Below are positions 1 through 10,024 of a DNA stretch of 64,000 bases, in pieces. Every line of letters starts with the position of its first letter. Positions within the stretch are counted from its first letter, which is position 1. The DNA lies in assembly GCA_038144855.1 (NCBI GenBank), contig JAYQOO010000001.1, positions 74,931 through 138,930 on the forward strand, in the 5' to 3' direction. The position numbers and the translations under genes are program-made. The stretch comes from Acidimicrobiia bacterium (GTDB lineage: Bacteria > Acidobacteriota > Vicinamibacteria > Vicinamibacterales > UBA2999). The notes beneath the pieces were generated by a model. The model was not told where the DNA came from, searched no databases, and saw only the letters and a list, made by a program, of their open reading frames with translations.

Positions 1-470
1 GTCGCACGCTCGAAGTCGATCACGCCCAGTTCTGGACCGAGATCCCAGTGCGCCTTGGGTTCGAAGTCGAACGCGCGCGGGTCACCCCAGGTCCGCACGA
101 CCTGGTTGTCGGCCGCGCTCTTCCCCACCGGCACGCTGCTGTGGGGGATGTTCGGCAGGGTCTCGAGCAGGTTGGTACGGCGCTGCTCCACCGCCTCGAG
201 CTCAACGTCAAGCTGCTTGATCTGCTGGCCACGCTGCTTGTTGGCTTCGAAAATGTGCGAGACGTCGATCCCCTGTTTCTTGGCGCGCGCGACCTCTTCA
301 CCGGACGCGTTCTGCTCGCGCTTCATTGCTTCGCTTTGCTGAATCAGGCGCCGGCGATCGGCCTCCGCCGTGGCAAGGGTCTGCAACTCGGCCGTCACGT
401 TCAGGCCGCGGTTGGCCATCCCGGTCTGGACCGCATCAAGGTTGTCGCGAACGAAGTTGGGATCGAGCAT
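1..470 (-). CDS. serS: Seryl-tRNA synthetase, N-terminal part (runs off the window start)
   Basis: Hand translation from the ATG at 470: MLDPNFVRDNLDAVQ...LLETLPNIPHSSVPVGKSAADNQVVRTWGDPRAFDFEPKAHWDLG...IDFERA, the typical SerRS coiled-coil arm plus the PN.PH.SVP.G and HW motifs. Absent from the ORF track. Confidence 0.95.
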   Translation of the reverse strand, partial: MLDPNFVRDNLDAVQTGMANRGLNVTAELQTLATAEADRRRLIQQSEAMKREQNASGEEVARAKKQGIDVSHIFEANKQRGQQIKQLDVELEAVEQRRTNLLETLPNIPHSSVPVGKSAADNQVVRTWGDPRAFDFEPKAHWDLGPELGVIDFERA

Positions 471-494
471 AGACGCCGCTGGTATTCTAGTGGA

Positions 495-1370
495 GTGAGC
501 GCCAGAATTCGTAAGGCTGTGTTCCCTGCCGCGGGTCTCGGGACCCGTTTCCTGCCCGCCACCAAGGCGCAACCTAAGGAAATGCTGCCGCTCGTCGACA
601 AGCCGACCATTCAATACGGCGTCGAGGAAGCGGTCGCTGCCGGCATTCCCAACATTGTCGTCGTCACCGGACGCGGCAAGAACGCCATCGAGGACCACTT
701 CGACGTGTCGAAGGAGCTCGAGGCCTTCCTCGAGAGCCGCGGCAAGCAGGACCTTGCCGACGAAGTTCGCAAGATCTCCGAATTGATCCAGGTGTCGTAC
801 GTGCGCCAGGGGGAACCGCTCGGCCTCGGTCACGCCGTGCTCGTCACGGAGACGATCGTGGGTGACGAGCCCTTCGCCGTCATCCTCGCGGATGACGTGT
901 ACGACGCCACGCCGGCGGCACTCAAGCAGATGGTCGACGTGTTCGATCGCGCGGGCGGGCCGGTGCTGGCCGTCGAGCGGGTGCCGATGGAGAACGTCTC
1001 GGCGTACGGCGTGATTGCGGGTGAACCGGCGCCGGAGTTCGGCAAGGGCGTCTACCGGATCACGGACCTGGTCGAGAAGCCGCCCCGCGAACAAGCCCCC
1101 TCGGATCTGGCCATTGTCGGGCGATACCTGCTGACCCCGGACATCTTCCCCGCCCTGCACGAGACGGCCAAGGACAAGTCCGGCGAGATTCAGTTGACCA
1201 ATGGGCTACGCCGGCTGCTCAAGACGCGCCCGCTCTACGCCCTGGAGATCGACGGTGTCAGGCACGACACCGGCAACAAGCTGGGGTTCCTGAAGGCGAG
1301 TGTCTATTTCGCGTTGAAGCGACCGGACATCGCGGACGCGTTTCGGGAATATCTGAAGACAGTGAAATGA
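495..1370 (+). CDS. galU: UTP-glucose-1-phosphate uridylyltransferase
   Basis: IRKAVFPAAGLGTRFLPATKAQPKEMLPLVDKP signature. Real start taken as GTG 495; the upstream part of ORF 48..1370 is the antisense shadow of serS. Confidence 0.95.
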   Translation: MSARIRKAVFPAAGLGTRFLPATKAQPKEMLPLVDKPTIQYGVEEAVAAGIPNIVVVTGRGKNAIEDHFDVSKELEAFLESRGKQDLADEVRKISELIQVSYVRQGEPLGLGHAVLVTETIVGDEPFAVILADDVYDATPAALKQMVDVFDRAGGPVLAVERVPMENVSAYGVIAGEPAPEFGKGVYRITDLVEKPPREQAPSDLAIVGRYLLTPDIFPALHETAKDKSGEIQLTNGLRRLLKTRPLYALEIDGVRHDTGNKLGFLKASVYFALKRPDIADAFREYLKTVK

Positions 1371-1374
1371 CGGC

Positions 1375-1392
1375 GTCCGGCTTCAGCCGGAC
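1375..1392. repeat. REP-like palindrome GTCCGGCTTCAGCCGGAC (family copies at 37838, 44237, 59150, 59216)
   Basis: 7-bp arms with a 4-nt loop between convergent galU and the FmdB-like gene; near-identical copies occur elsewhere. Confidence 0.8.
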
Positions 1393-1396
1393 TGTC

Positions 1397-1675
1397 CTAG
1401 TCGCTCTTGGTTTCGGACTTCGTTTCGGTCTTCGTCTCAGTCTTGGTTTCCGTCTTCGTTTCACTCGACGCGGGCGTCGTGGCGCTGTCGCTGCCCTTCT
1501 TGGCGTAGTCGGTGATGTACCAGCCGGATCCCTTGAACTGAATCGCCGGCGACGACAATAACTTCACCACCGGTCCACCGCACTTCGGGCACACCTCGAT
1601 TGGCGCGTCCGAGAACTTCTGGATCACTTCGAAACGGTGTGCGCACTTCTCGCACTGATACTCGTAAAGAGGCAT
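1397..1675 (-). CDS. FmdB-family zinc-ribbon protein with TETK low-complexity tail
   Basis: MPLYEYQCEKC...CPKCGG...LLSSPAIQFKGSGWYITDY; ATG 1675 preceded by CAGGAAAG. Confidence 0.9.
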   Translation of the reverse strand: MPLYEYQCEKCAHRFEVIQKFSDAPIEVCPKCGGPVVKLLSSPAIQFKGSGWYITDYAKKGSDSATTPASSETKTETKTETKTETKSETKSD

Positions 1676-1713
1676 GTTGTCTTTCCTGTCGGCCCGTTGG
1701 CCTGTTGGCCCGA
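1676..1713 (-). repeat. Octamer tandem repeat (C[AG]GGCC[AG]A units ending in CAGGAAA)
   Basis: Minus strand reads TAA TCGGGCCAA CAGGCCAA CGGGCCGA CAGGAAAG ACAAC ATG. Confidence 0.8.
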
Positions 1714-3369
1714 TTACTCCAACACTGCGTCGTCGTGTGACTTGAGCATCAACTTGCGCAAGGCCCAAAACGGCGCGGCACCGTGCGACATGAACGCGTC
1801 GTGGAAATTGCGCAGCGACGGCTTGCCGCCCTGCTCTTCGTACCAATCGCGGCGCAGTTTGAGCAGCATCAACTTACCCGCCGAGTAGACCAGGTACGTG
1901 GGATCGAACGTTCCGCGCTCGGCCTCGCGACGGGCGTTGGCGTCTTCCAGGTAGGCTTCGTCGCGGAAGAAGCGCACGCCCTGTTCGACCGACCAGTCTT
2001 CGGTGTGGAGACGGATGCCGACGATGAATCGCGCCAGCCGCACCAGCGATTCGGCGAGCTGTCCGAGCTTCATTGAATGATCGCGACCGCCAAAGCCGGC
2101 TTCGATCATCATCTGCTCGCAGTAGTGCGCCCAGCCTTCCATGTAGGACGAGGGTGCGAAGAACGTCGAGCGGCGCACCTTCGACTCCACCTTGCGCAGG
2201 AACTGGTAGTGGAGGAAGTGCCCGGGGTAGACCTCATGAATCGAGATTGCCCAGAGCGTCGGCAGGTTGAAATCGCGCAGGTGTTCGGCCTTGCGTTCGG
2301 CGTCCCACTTCGGATCGACGTCGGTGAGGTAGTACATCGCGCGGGATGCGCGGGCTTCGAACGGCCCGGGCGTCCACATGCTGGCTGACGACCAGCGGAA
2401 GAACTCCGGCGTCGGGCCGACGGCAACCTCACCTCGATCGGGCAGGGTGATGATCTGGTTGCGTTCGAGAAACGTCTGCAGCTCGCTCACCTGTTCGCGC
2501 GCGGTCGCCATCAGCTTGCCGGCGTCAGGATGCTGTTGCTTTGCCTTGCGCCAGGCTTCGATCGAATCGACGCCGTTCTTGCCGGCGAGCTGGCGGAACT
2601 CTTCCTGCGTTCGGGCCAGCTCGCGTTCGGCGATCGCCAGCAGGCGGTCAACGGGAAGGTTCAGGCCTTCTTCGAGGCGAAGCTTCTGCTCGAAGCGATC
2701 GCGTCCGAGACGGAATGTCCCTTTGGCTTTCGGGCGAATGTCGTTCTCGAGATCTTCGACATAGGCGCCAATCGTTCGGACCGCTTCCCTGCAGGCGTCG
2801 TCAAGGTCTCCGAGCAGGTGGATGTCGTCGACACCGGAAAAGGCGCGCGGCAGATCTGCGTCGATGAACGACATGCAACCGCGCCAGGTATCGATGCCGA
2901 CCTTGACGTACATGGCCGGCGGTTCCTTGATGTTGTCGCGAGCGGCCTGCACGAGGCGCGGCACCTGGCGAAGTTTCGACAGGACGCGGCGCGCACGATC
3001 GGTTTCGGGCGATGAGGTGAAGATCGCCTGTGCCGCGAGGCTTGCCGCCAGCGTGTCGGCATAGATGTGCGGATTGCGTTCCCACGACCGTACCGCCTCC
3101 AGTTCGAACTGACGCGCGCGGATGTTGGCCGACACGATCTCGTGCTCGATCTTCTCCTTCGCGGGAAGTTGATCGAGGGGAATGCTGTCGAGACGCCTGG
3201 CAAATCCTGCGAGCGCGCTGACGTGCGTATCAATCGCCGAACGCCGGAAGTCCTCGAGCAGATCGTCGTGAATGTGGACCCCATCCATGGTGGCGCCGGT
3301 GGGGTGCACCTCGTAGAGAAAGGAAAGGTAGTCGTCTACGAAGTGGGGTAGTGGTTCAGCCGCGTGCAT
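1714..3369 (-). CDS. DUF885-family protein (putative metallopeptidase-like)
   Basis: HEVYPGHFLH and EGWAHYCE motifs; C-terminal YLVYSAGKL...LR...FHDAF pattern. Confidence 0.85.
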   Translation of the reverse strand: MHAAEPLPHFVDDYLSFLYEVHPTGATMDGVHIHDDLLEDFRRSAIDTHVSALAGFARRLDSIPLDQLPAKEKIEHEIVSANIRARQFELEAVRSWERNPHIYADTLAASLAAQAIFTSSPETDRARRVLSKLRQVPRLVQAARDNIKEPPAMYVKVGIDTWRGCMSFIDADLPRAFSGVDDIHLLGDLDDACREAVRTIGAYVEDLENDIRPKAKGTFRLGRDRFEQKLRLEEGLNLPVDRLLAIAERELARTQEEFRQLAGKNGVDSIEAWRKAKQQHPDAGKLMATAREQVSELQTFLERNQIITLPDRGEVAVGPTPEFFRWSSASMWTPGPFEARASRAMYYLTDVDPKWDAERKAEHLRDFNLPTLWAISIHEVYPGHFLHYQFLRKVESKVRRSTFFAPSSYMEGWAHYCEQMMIEAGFGGRDHSMKLGQLAESLVRLARFIVGIRLHTEDWSVEQGVRFFRDEAYLEDANARREAERGTFDPTYLVYSAGKLMLLKLRRDWYEEQGGKPSLRNFHDAFMSHGAAPFWALRKLMLKSHDDAVLE

Positions 3370-3432
3370 GCCTTCCTGTGTCAGTTAGTTAGGGAAGCGA
3401 CCATCCTCGCAATGGTACCTTAAAATGCGCCC

Positions 3433-4293
3433 ATGGCCCGCGACTCCCACGGAGTTCTTTATGTAGTCGCCACGCCCATTGGCAATCTCGACGACATGAC
3501 GCTGCGGGCGCTGAAGGTGCTCAAGCAGGTGCAATTGGTGGCCGCCGAAGACACCCGGCGAACCGGTATTTTGCTCAGGCATTTCGGGATTGAGACCTCG
3601 ATTCTGAGCGTCCACGAGCACAACGAAAGCGCCCGCGTCGAGCGAGTCACCGCTCGGCTGGCAAGAGGCGAGTCGGTCGCCCTCGTGACGGACGCCGGAA
3701 CGCCTGGGATCTCTGATCCGGGGGCCGCACTGGTGGCGGCCGTCAGGCAGGCAGGCTTCACGGTCGAGCCGATCCCGGGTGCCTGCGCGGTCGTCGCGGC
3801 CATTTCCGCCTCAGGAGTCTCGTCACAGGGCTTTGTCTTCCTTGGGTTTCCACCAGTTAGGTTAAAAGACCGTAAAAAATGGTTGGACGAGCTCTCCAGG
3901 TCGTCAAATGATCGGCTTGTGGTGTTCTTTGAGGCCCCCCACAAAGTCAGGAAAACACTGGAAGATTTAGCTAAATTGGTTAAACGACAAATTATTATCG
4001 CTCGTGAGTTGACCAAGCTTCACGAAGAGTTTGCTCAGGGGACCCCAGACGAACTCCTGGCGAAGTTTCAGGAGCCGCAAGGCGAGTTTACGGTGCTGGT
4101 TCCGCCGGCCGATGCATCAGAGATCGAAAGGGATCGGCCCTCAGACGCAGAAGTAGTAATTGTTTTTGGTCAAACAGCAGAAAATACCGTTTTTGGCTCA
4201 AAACGAGAGGTGGCCAGAGCTGTTGGGGAGCAACTTGGAATGACGGCGAAGGAGGTTTACGACATCGTAGAGCGGAGCAAATTGGTTGATTGA
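3433..4293 (+). CDS. rsmI: 16S rRNA (cytidine1402-2'-O)-methyltransferase
   Basis: LYVVATPIGNLDDMTLRA...AAEDTR...DAGTPGISDPG...FFEAPH...RELTKLHEE. Confidence 0.95.
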   Translation: MARDSHGVLYVVATPIGNLDDMTLRALKVLKQVQLVAAEDTRRTGILLRHFGIETSILSVHEHNESARVERVTARLARGESVALVTDAGTPGISDPGAALVAAVRQAGFTVEPIPGACAVVAAISASGVSSQGFVFLGFPPVRLKDRKKWLDELSRSSNDRLVVFFEAPHKVRKTLEDLAKLVKRQIIIARELTKLHEEFAQGTPDELLAKFQEPQGEFTVLVPPADASEIERDRPSDAEVVIVFGQTAENTVFGSKREVARAVGEQLGMTAKEVYDIVERSKLVD

Positions 4294-4327
4294 CATAATT
4301 TCACAACAACCTTGTCGGAATAGAATT

Positions 4328-5737
4328 GTGCGCTTGGCTCCCTCACCAGTCTCAGACATCCACGTAGTCATTCTTGCCGCCGGGAAGGGCACGCGGATGA
4401 AGTCGCAGTTGCCCAAGGTGCTGCACCAGATCGGCGGGCTGACGCTCATCGAGCGCGTGCTTAGAACCGCGTCGGCGCTGTCACCCGCCAGCATCACGAT
4501 GGTCGTCGGCCATGGCGCCGACGAGGTCAAGCAATCCCTCAGCGCGCGGTCGACGCTGCAATTCGTCACCCAGGAACAACAGCTCGGCACCGGCCACGCG
4601 CTATTGCAGACCCGTCAGTTACTCGAAGGCAAGGCCGGCACAGTGGTCCTGCTGTCAGGTGACGTGCCGTTGCTGACCGTGGACTCGCTCGAGGGCATGC
4701 TGGCGACCCACGTGGACGCTGCCGCCGCCGCAACGGTGATGACGGCAATCTTCGCGAGGCCGTTTGGTTATGGTCGCATCGTTCGCAGCAGCGGCCGAAT
4801 TTCGAAAATCGTCGAGGAGCGGGACACGACCGACGCGCAGAAGGCGATCAACGAAATCAATTCCGGCATCTACGCCTTTGATTTGAGCGGCCTGTTTACG
4901 GCGCTGGATTCGATTGGCACCGCCAACAAGCAGGGGGAGTACTACCTGCCCGATCTCGTGGCGATCTATCGCAAGCAGAAGCGAGAGGTCGCCACCTGGA
5001 CGATCTCACGTCCCGACGATATTCGCGGCATCAACAGCCGCACCGAACTCGCAGAGGTTGCCACTATGGTCCGCCAGCAGAAGAACGAAGAGTTGATGGC
5101 CGCGGGCGTTACGCTGATCGATCCCGCCACGACCTACGTCGACGCCGACGTCGTCGTCGGGCCGGATACCGTGATCTACCCCTGCGTGTTTCTTGAAGGC
5201 TCAACCAAGATCGGCGCCGCGTGCGAAATTCACTCTGGCACTCGAATCGTCAACTCGACGATCGGCGATCGTGTGTGTGTCAGAAACCACACTGTGGTCA
5301 CAGACTCCACAGTGGAGGCCGGCGCATTCCTCGGGCCGTTCGCGCACATTCGCCCTGGATCAGCGGTTGGTCCGGACGCCCACATCGGTAACTTTGTCGA
5401 ACTCAAGAAGACGTCGATGGGGAAGGGCGCAAAAGCGAATCACCTCGCCTACCTGGGCGACGCAGTGATTGGCGAGAAGACCAACGTCGGCGCCGGCACC
5501 ATCACCTGTAACTACGACGGAGAGAAGAAACACCAGACAACGATCGGCGCCGGAGTGTTTGTCGGGAGCAATAGCACACTTGTCGCGCCAGTGACGCTGG
5601 CTGATGGCTCGTACATTGCAGCAGGCTCCGCCATTACTTCGGATGTACCGTCCGGTGCTCTCGCTCTTGGCCGTTCGCGCCAGGAGAATAAGGACGGATG
5701 GGTCGCTAAACGGAAGCAGAAGAGAAATAGCCAGTAG
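4328..5737 (+). CDS. glmU: Bifunctional UDP-GlcNAc pyrophosphorylase / GlcN-1-P acetyltransferase
   Basis: [19 protein letters not shown] motif and hexapeptide-repeat C-terminus. Start uncertain (GTG 4328 or TTG 4334). Confidence 0.95.
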   Translation: MRLAPSPVSDIHVVILAAGKGTRMKSQLPKVLHQIGGLTLIERVLRTASALSPASITMVVGHGADEVKQSLSARSTLQFVTQEQQLGTGHALLQTRQLLEGKAGTVVLLSGDVPLLTVDSLEGMLATHVDAAAAATVMTAIFARPFGYGRIVRSSGRISKIVEERDTTDAQKAINEINSGIYAFDLSGLFTALDSIGTANKQGEYYLPDLVAIYRKQKREVATWTISRPDDIRGINSRTELAEVATMVRQQKNEELMAAGVTLIDPATTYVDADVVVGPDTVIYPCVFLEGSTKIGAACEIHSGTRIVNSTIGDRVCVRNHTVVTDSTVEAGAFLGPFAHIRPGSAVGPDAHIGNFVELKKTSMGKGAKANHLAYLGDAVIGEKTNVGAGTITCNYDGEKKHQTTIGAGVFVGSNSTLVAPVTLADGSYIAAGSAITSDVPSGALALGRSRQENKDGWVAKRKQKRNSQ

Positions 5738-5805
5738 CCAGACGCCAGGATTACTCTTCTGGCAACTGCGTTTTCTGGATACCGGCTACTGGATACTGGC
5801 TACTG
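5726..5805. repeat. Heptamer-arm hairpin element (AGTAGCC / GGCTACT family), copy between glmU and glmS
   Basis: 5' arm TAGCCAGTAGCCAG and 3' arm CTGGATACCGGCTACTGGATACTGGCTACTG; overlaps the glmU stop. Confidence 0.85.
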
Positions 5806-5808
5806 ACT

Positions 5809-7650
5809 ATGTGCGGAATCGTCGGCTATATCGGACCAAAGCCTGTTGTGCCCGTCCTGATCGATGGGTTGAGACGTCTGGAGTACCGCGGCTATGACTC
5901 AGCCGGCGTTGCGGTCGTCCAGAGCGGCGCCATTGAAATCCGGCGCAGTGCCGGCAAGTTGATCAATCTCGAGAACGCGATCCAGGGCCAGCCGCTTAAC
6001 GGTGCCTATGGGCTTGGGCACACGCGGTGGGCGACTCACGGACGACCAACCGAAGAAAACGCTCACCCGCATCGCGATGGCAGCGGCCGCATTGTCGTGG
6101 TCCACAACGGCATCATCGAGAACTACCTCGAGATCAAGCGCGAGCTGATCGCCGACGGCCACAAGTTCGAATCAGAGACCGACACCGAAGTCGTCGCCCA
6201 TCTGGTCCAGAAGGAGTGGAAGAACGACGGCCTCGAGAAGGCGGTCCAGCGCGCGATGAAACGCGTCCGCGGACTGTTCGCACTCGTGCTGCTCTCTGCT
6301 GATGATCCCAACAAGCTGGTCACGGTTCGCAACGGTCCGCCAATCGTCGTCGGCATCGGCGACGGAGAATACTTCGTCGCCTCGGACGTGCCCGCGATCC
6401 TGAGCCACACCCGCGACGTCGTGTTCCTGGATGACAAGGAGATCGCCGTCCTGACCGAGACGGGTGTGACCTTCTCGACGCTGGACGGCACACCCGTGTC
6501 CCGCAAGCCGACCCGCGTCACATGGGATCCGATTTCAGCCGAGAAGGCCGGCTACAAGCACTTCATGCTCAAGGAAATCTTTGAGCAGCCCTCCGCCGTC
6601 CGCGAGACGGTCCTCGGGCGCGCGTCGCTCGAAACCGGCCAGATCCATCTCAACGAGATGGCCATCTCGGACGCGGATCTCGCCGGCATCGAGAAGATCA
6701 CCATGCTGGCGTGTGGCACTTCGTGGCACGCCGCGCTGGTCGGCAAGTTCATGATCGAAGAGCTGGCCAAGATCCCGGTCGAAGTCGACTACGGCTCTGA
6801 ATACCGCTACCGCGATCCGATCATCAGCAACAAGACGCTCGCCGTCGCCATCACCCAGTCCGGAGAAACGGCCGACACGCTGGCGGCGCTCCGTGAGGCG
6901 AAGGGTAAAGGCGCGCGCAGCCTTGCCGTCTGCAACGTGGTCGGCAGCATGGCCACCCGCGAGGCCGAAGGAACGATCTACACCCATGCGGGGCCGGAGA
7001 TTGGCGTCGCCTCGACCAAGGCGTTCACGACGCAGTTGGTCGCGCTGTATCTGTTCGCGCTCAAGATGGCCGAGGTGCGCGGCACCCTGTCACAGGCCGA
7101 CCGGGTCGACCACATCAAGGCGCTGATGGGCTTGCCGCAGGTCCTGGAAGACACGCTCAAGGTCACCAAGCCGATCGAGGAGATCGCGGCCAGGTTCCAC
7201 AGCCGTTCGGACTTCCTTTACCTGGGCCGCGGCATCAACTATCCGATCGCGCTCGAAGGCGCGCTGAAGCTGAAGGAAATCTCCTACATCCACGCCGAAG
7301 GCTATCCGGCCGGCGAAATGAAACACGGCCCGATCGCGCTGATCGACGAGCAAATGCCGGTGGTCGCGCTCGCGACGCACGATCACGTGTTCGAGAAGAT
7401 GCAGGGCAATATCCAGGAAGCCAAGGCGCGCGGGGGCTCGATCATCGCCATCACCTCGATCGGGGACACCACCCTCAAGGATCTGCTCGGTGAAGGCGAT
7501 CGCCTGATCGCCATTCCAGAGACGCATCGGCTCCTGATGCCGGTCGTGATCTCGCTGCCGCTGCAGTTGTTGTCGTACTACATTGCCGTTCGTCGCGGCT
7601 GTGATGTCGATCAACCGAGGAATCTGGCGAAGTCAGTCACGGTAGAATAG
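5809..7650 (+). CDS. glmS: Glutamine-fructose-6-phosphate aminotransferase
   Basis: MCGIVGY...[18 protein letters not shown]-terminal [15 protein letters not shown]. Confidence 0.98.
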   Translation: MCGIVGYIGPKPVVPVLIDGLRRLEYRGYDSAGVAVVQSGAIEIRRSAGKLINLENAIQGQPLNGAYGLGHTRWATHGRPTEENAHPHRDGSGRIVVVHNGIIENYLEIKRELIADGHKFESETDTEVVAHLVQKEWKNDGLEKAVQRAMKRVRGLFALVLLSADDPNKLVTVRNGPPIVVGIGDGEYFVASDVPAILSHTRDVVFLDDKEIAVLTETGVTFSTLDGTPVSRKPTRVTWDPISAEKAGYKHFMLKEIFEQPSAVRETVLGRASLETGQIHLNEMAISDADLAGIEKITMLACGTSWHAALVGKFMIEELAKIPVEVDYGSEYRYRDPIISNKTLAVAITQSGETADTLAALREAKGKGARSLAVCNVVGSMATREAEGTIYTHAGPEIGVASTKAFTTQLVALYLFALKMAEVRGTLSQADRVDHIKALMGLPQVLEDTLKVTKPIEEIAARFHSRSDFLYLGRGINYPIALEGALKLKEISYIHAEGYPAGEMKHGPIALIDEQMPVVALATHDHVFEKMQGNIQEAKARGGSIIAITSIGDTTLKDLLGEGDRLIAIPETHRLLMPVVISLPLQLLSYYIAVRRGCDVDQPRNLAKSVTVE

Positions 7651-7716
7651 TAGCCAGTAGCCGGTAGCCAGCAAAGACAGATGTTCTTCTGGATACTGGC
7701 TACTGACATCTGGCCA
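7649..7716. repeat. Heptamer-arm hairpin element, copy between glmS and pcrA
   Basis: AGTAGCCAGTAGCCGGTAGCCAG-CAAAGACAGATGTTCTT-CTGGATACTGGCTACTG. Confidence 0.85.
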
Positions 7717-7720
7717 CTTC

Positions 7721-10024
7721 ATGGATCTCCTTTCATCCCTTAATCCCGCGCAACAGGAAGCCGTGCGCCAGACAGAAGGTCCCCTTCTGATCCTGGCAGG
7801 AGCGGGATCGGGGAAGACGCGCGTCATCGCGCATCGCATCGCGTATCTCGTCTCCGAGCAGATCGCGAGTCCCGACCAGATCATGGCGGTGACCTTTACC
7901 AACAAGGCCGCCCAGGAAATGCGCGAGCGCGTCGAGAAGATTCTCAACGTCGACTGCCGCGCGATGTGGATCTCCACCTTCCACGCGCTGTGCGCGCGCC
8001 TGTTGCGGCGCGAGTCCCACAACATCGGGCTGAGCCGCGACTTCACGATTTACGACTCCGCCGACCAGCAGTCGGTGATCAAGCAGTTGCTCAAGGAGTA
8101 TCACCTCGCCGACGAGACGTATCAGCCGCGCATGGTTCTCAGCCGCATCAGCGCCGCGAAGAACCGGATGGAGGGTCCGGAAAGCTTCAACAACACCTGG
8201 AACCCGCGCGACAAGGAGATCGGCAAGCTGTACGACGGCTATATCAAGGCGCTCAAGAACGCCAGCGCGCTCGACTTCGACGACCTGCTGCTTGCCACCG
8301 TGGAGCTGTTCAACCAGAATCCTGGCGTCCGCGAGCGCTATGCCCACCGCTTCAAGTACGTGATGGTGGACGAGTATCAGGACACCAACCGGCCGCAGTA
8401 CCTGCTGATTACCCAGATCGCCGGCAAGCACCGCAACCTGGCAGTGGTCGGTGATCCCGACCAGTCGATCTACAAGTGGCGGGGTGCCGACCTGCGCAAC
8501 ATCATGGACTTCGAGTCGGACTTCTCGGATGCGCAGATCGTGCGTCTCGAGCAGAACTACCGGTCGACCGAAGTCATCCTCGATGCGGCCTCGGCGGTCA
8601 TTGCCAACAACAAGAACCGCAAGAAGAAGGAACTCTGGACCGACCTCAAGGGCGGCGCCAAGATCAAGTTGTTCCGAGGCTCCGATGAACTTGAGGAGGC
8701 CGAATACATCACGCGGACTGTCCGAAAGGCCCTCGAGGACGACTACAAGTCACTGACCGCGGTGTTGTATCGCACCAACGCGCAGTCGCGTGCCGTGGAA
8801 GATTCCCTGCGGGCTGCTGGCATTGCCTACGTGATCCTGGGTGGCGTCGGATTCTACGAGCGCCGCGAGGTCAAGGACGCCCTTTCGTATCTGAAGCTGA
8901 TCCTGAATCCGCATGACGACGTCGCTGTTCGCCGGGTGATCAATGTTCCGGCACGAGGCATTGGCAAAGGCGTCATGGATGCGCTCGAGGCGGTCGATGT
9001 CTCGGAGGTCGATCCCAACCTGCTGGCCGGACTGGCGCCGACGGTGTCGCAGAATTCGCTGTGGACGAAGCTGGTGACCGCCGTTGACGGTCGGTGCCTG
9101 AGTTCGAGGCAGGTGGCGTCGCTGGCGGCATTTCGCGACCTGATCACCGGACTTGCCGACGTCGCTCGCCGTGAGCCGGTGTCGATCCTCCTGGGCAAGG
9201 TCCTCGATCAGTCCGGTTACCTGCGTGACCTCCGCGAGGACAGGAGTGAGGAATCGGAAGCCCGCATCGAGAACCTGATGGAACTCGTGTCGGCCGCAAA
9301 CGAGTACGAGTCTCGTGAAGCGGAGCCGTCCCTCGGCGGGTTTGTCGATCGTCTGGCGCTGCTCTCGGACGTGGATAAAGACCAGGGCCAGAAGACTGAG
9401 CCTAAGGTCATGATGATGACCCTGCACTCTGCAAAGGGTCTTGAGTTTCCGACGGTCGTGCTCGCCGGCCTCGAGGAAGGTCTCTTTCCGCATTCGCGAT
9501 CACGGGATGACGAGGCGGAGATGGAGGAAGAACGCCGTCTCTGCTATGTGGGCATCACCCGCGCGCGCAAGCAGCTGGTCCTGACGAGCGCCGCCCGCCG
9601 CCGCGTGTTTGGGGAGTACCAAAACACTGAAGCGTCACGGTTTATCGACGAGATCCCGCCCGATCTGATTGAGCAGGAGTTCCCGGCGACGACGCAGCGC
9701 TACAACAATGGCGGCGGTACCGATTGGAGCTATCGGCCGAATCCGTACGGCCGCGGTGGCGGAAGCAGTAGCGGATACGGCGGCTTCCGGCGTCGCAAAG
9801 AGGAAGACAGCGACGCGAAGGTTCCGACTCAGAATTTCCGCTATGAAGAGGAGGACCAGACGCCGGGTCTGCGTCCAGGAGCGCGTGTGTCGCACGCCCA
9901 GTTCGGACCCGGCACGGTGGTCAGCGTCGAAGATCTCGAGGACGACCAGAAGCTGGTCGTGAAGTTTGCTTCGGTCGGCACGAAGACCCTTCGCGCCAAG
10001 TACGCGAAGCTTACAGCCCGCTAA
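7721..10024 (+). CDS. pcrA: UvrD/PcrA family DNA helicase
   Basis: LAGAGSGKTRV, TFTNKAA, VDEYQDTN, VGDPDQSIY.WRGA, LEQNYRST, TLHSAKGLEF, EEERRLCYVGITRA, plus a C-terminal Tudor-like domain. Confidence 0.95.
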   Translation: MDLLSSLNPAQQEAVRQTEGPLLILAGAGSGKTRVIAHRIAYLVSEQIASPDQIMAVTFTNKAAQEMRERVEKILNVDCRAMWISTFHALCARLLRRESHNIGLSRDFTIYDSADQQSVIKQLLKEYHLADETYQPRMVLSRISAAKNRMEGPESFNNTWNPRDKEIGKLYDGYIKALKNASALDFDDLLLATVELFNQNPGVRERYAHRFKYVMVDEYQDTNRPQYLLITQIAGKHRNLAVVGDPDQSIYKWRGADLRNIMDFESDFSDAQIVRLEQNYRSTEVILDAASAVIANNKNRKKKELWTDLKGGAKIKLFRGSDELEEAEYITRTVRKALEDDYKSLTAVLYRTNAQSRAVEDSLRAAGIAYVILGGVGFYERREVKDALSYLKLILNPHDDVAVRRVINVPARGIGKGVMDALEAVDVSEVDPNLLAGLAPTVSQNSLWTKLVTAVDGRCLSSRQVASLAAFRDLITGLADVARREPVSILLGKVLDQSGYLRDLREDRSEESEARIENLMELVSAANEYESREAEPSLGGFVDRLALLSDVDKDQGQKTEPKVMMMTLHSAKGLEFPTVVLAGLEEGLFPHSRSRDDEAEMEEERRLCYVGITRARKQLVLTSAARRRVFGEYQNTEASRFIDEIPPDLIEQEFPATTQRYNNGGGTDWSYRPNPYGRGGGSSSGYGGFRRRKEEDSDAKVPTQNFRYEEEDQTPGLRPGARVSHAQFGPGTVVSVEDLEDDQKLVVKFASVGTKTLRAKYAKLTAR

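Noticed and set aside
48-494. 149-aa N-terminal extension of GalU in the ORF track
   Set aside because: It is the antisense reading of serS; GalU homology starts at GTG 495.
1397-1470. 12-nt repeats at the 3' end of the FmdB-like gene as a member of the repeat families
   Set aside because: They are codon-periodic and encode a TETK low-complexity tail common in this protein family.
5738-5808. glmS ribozyme or other riboswitch upstream of glmS
   Set aside because: The gap is only 71 nt and consists of the heptamer element found at many unrelated loci.
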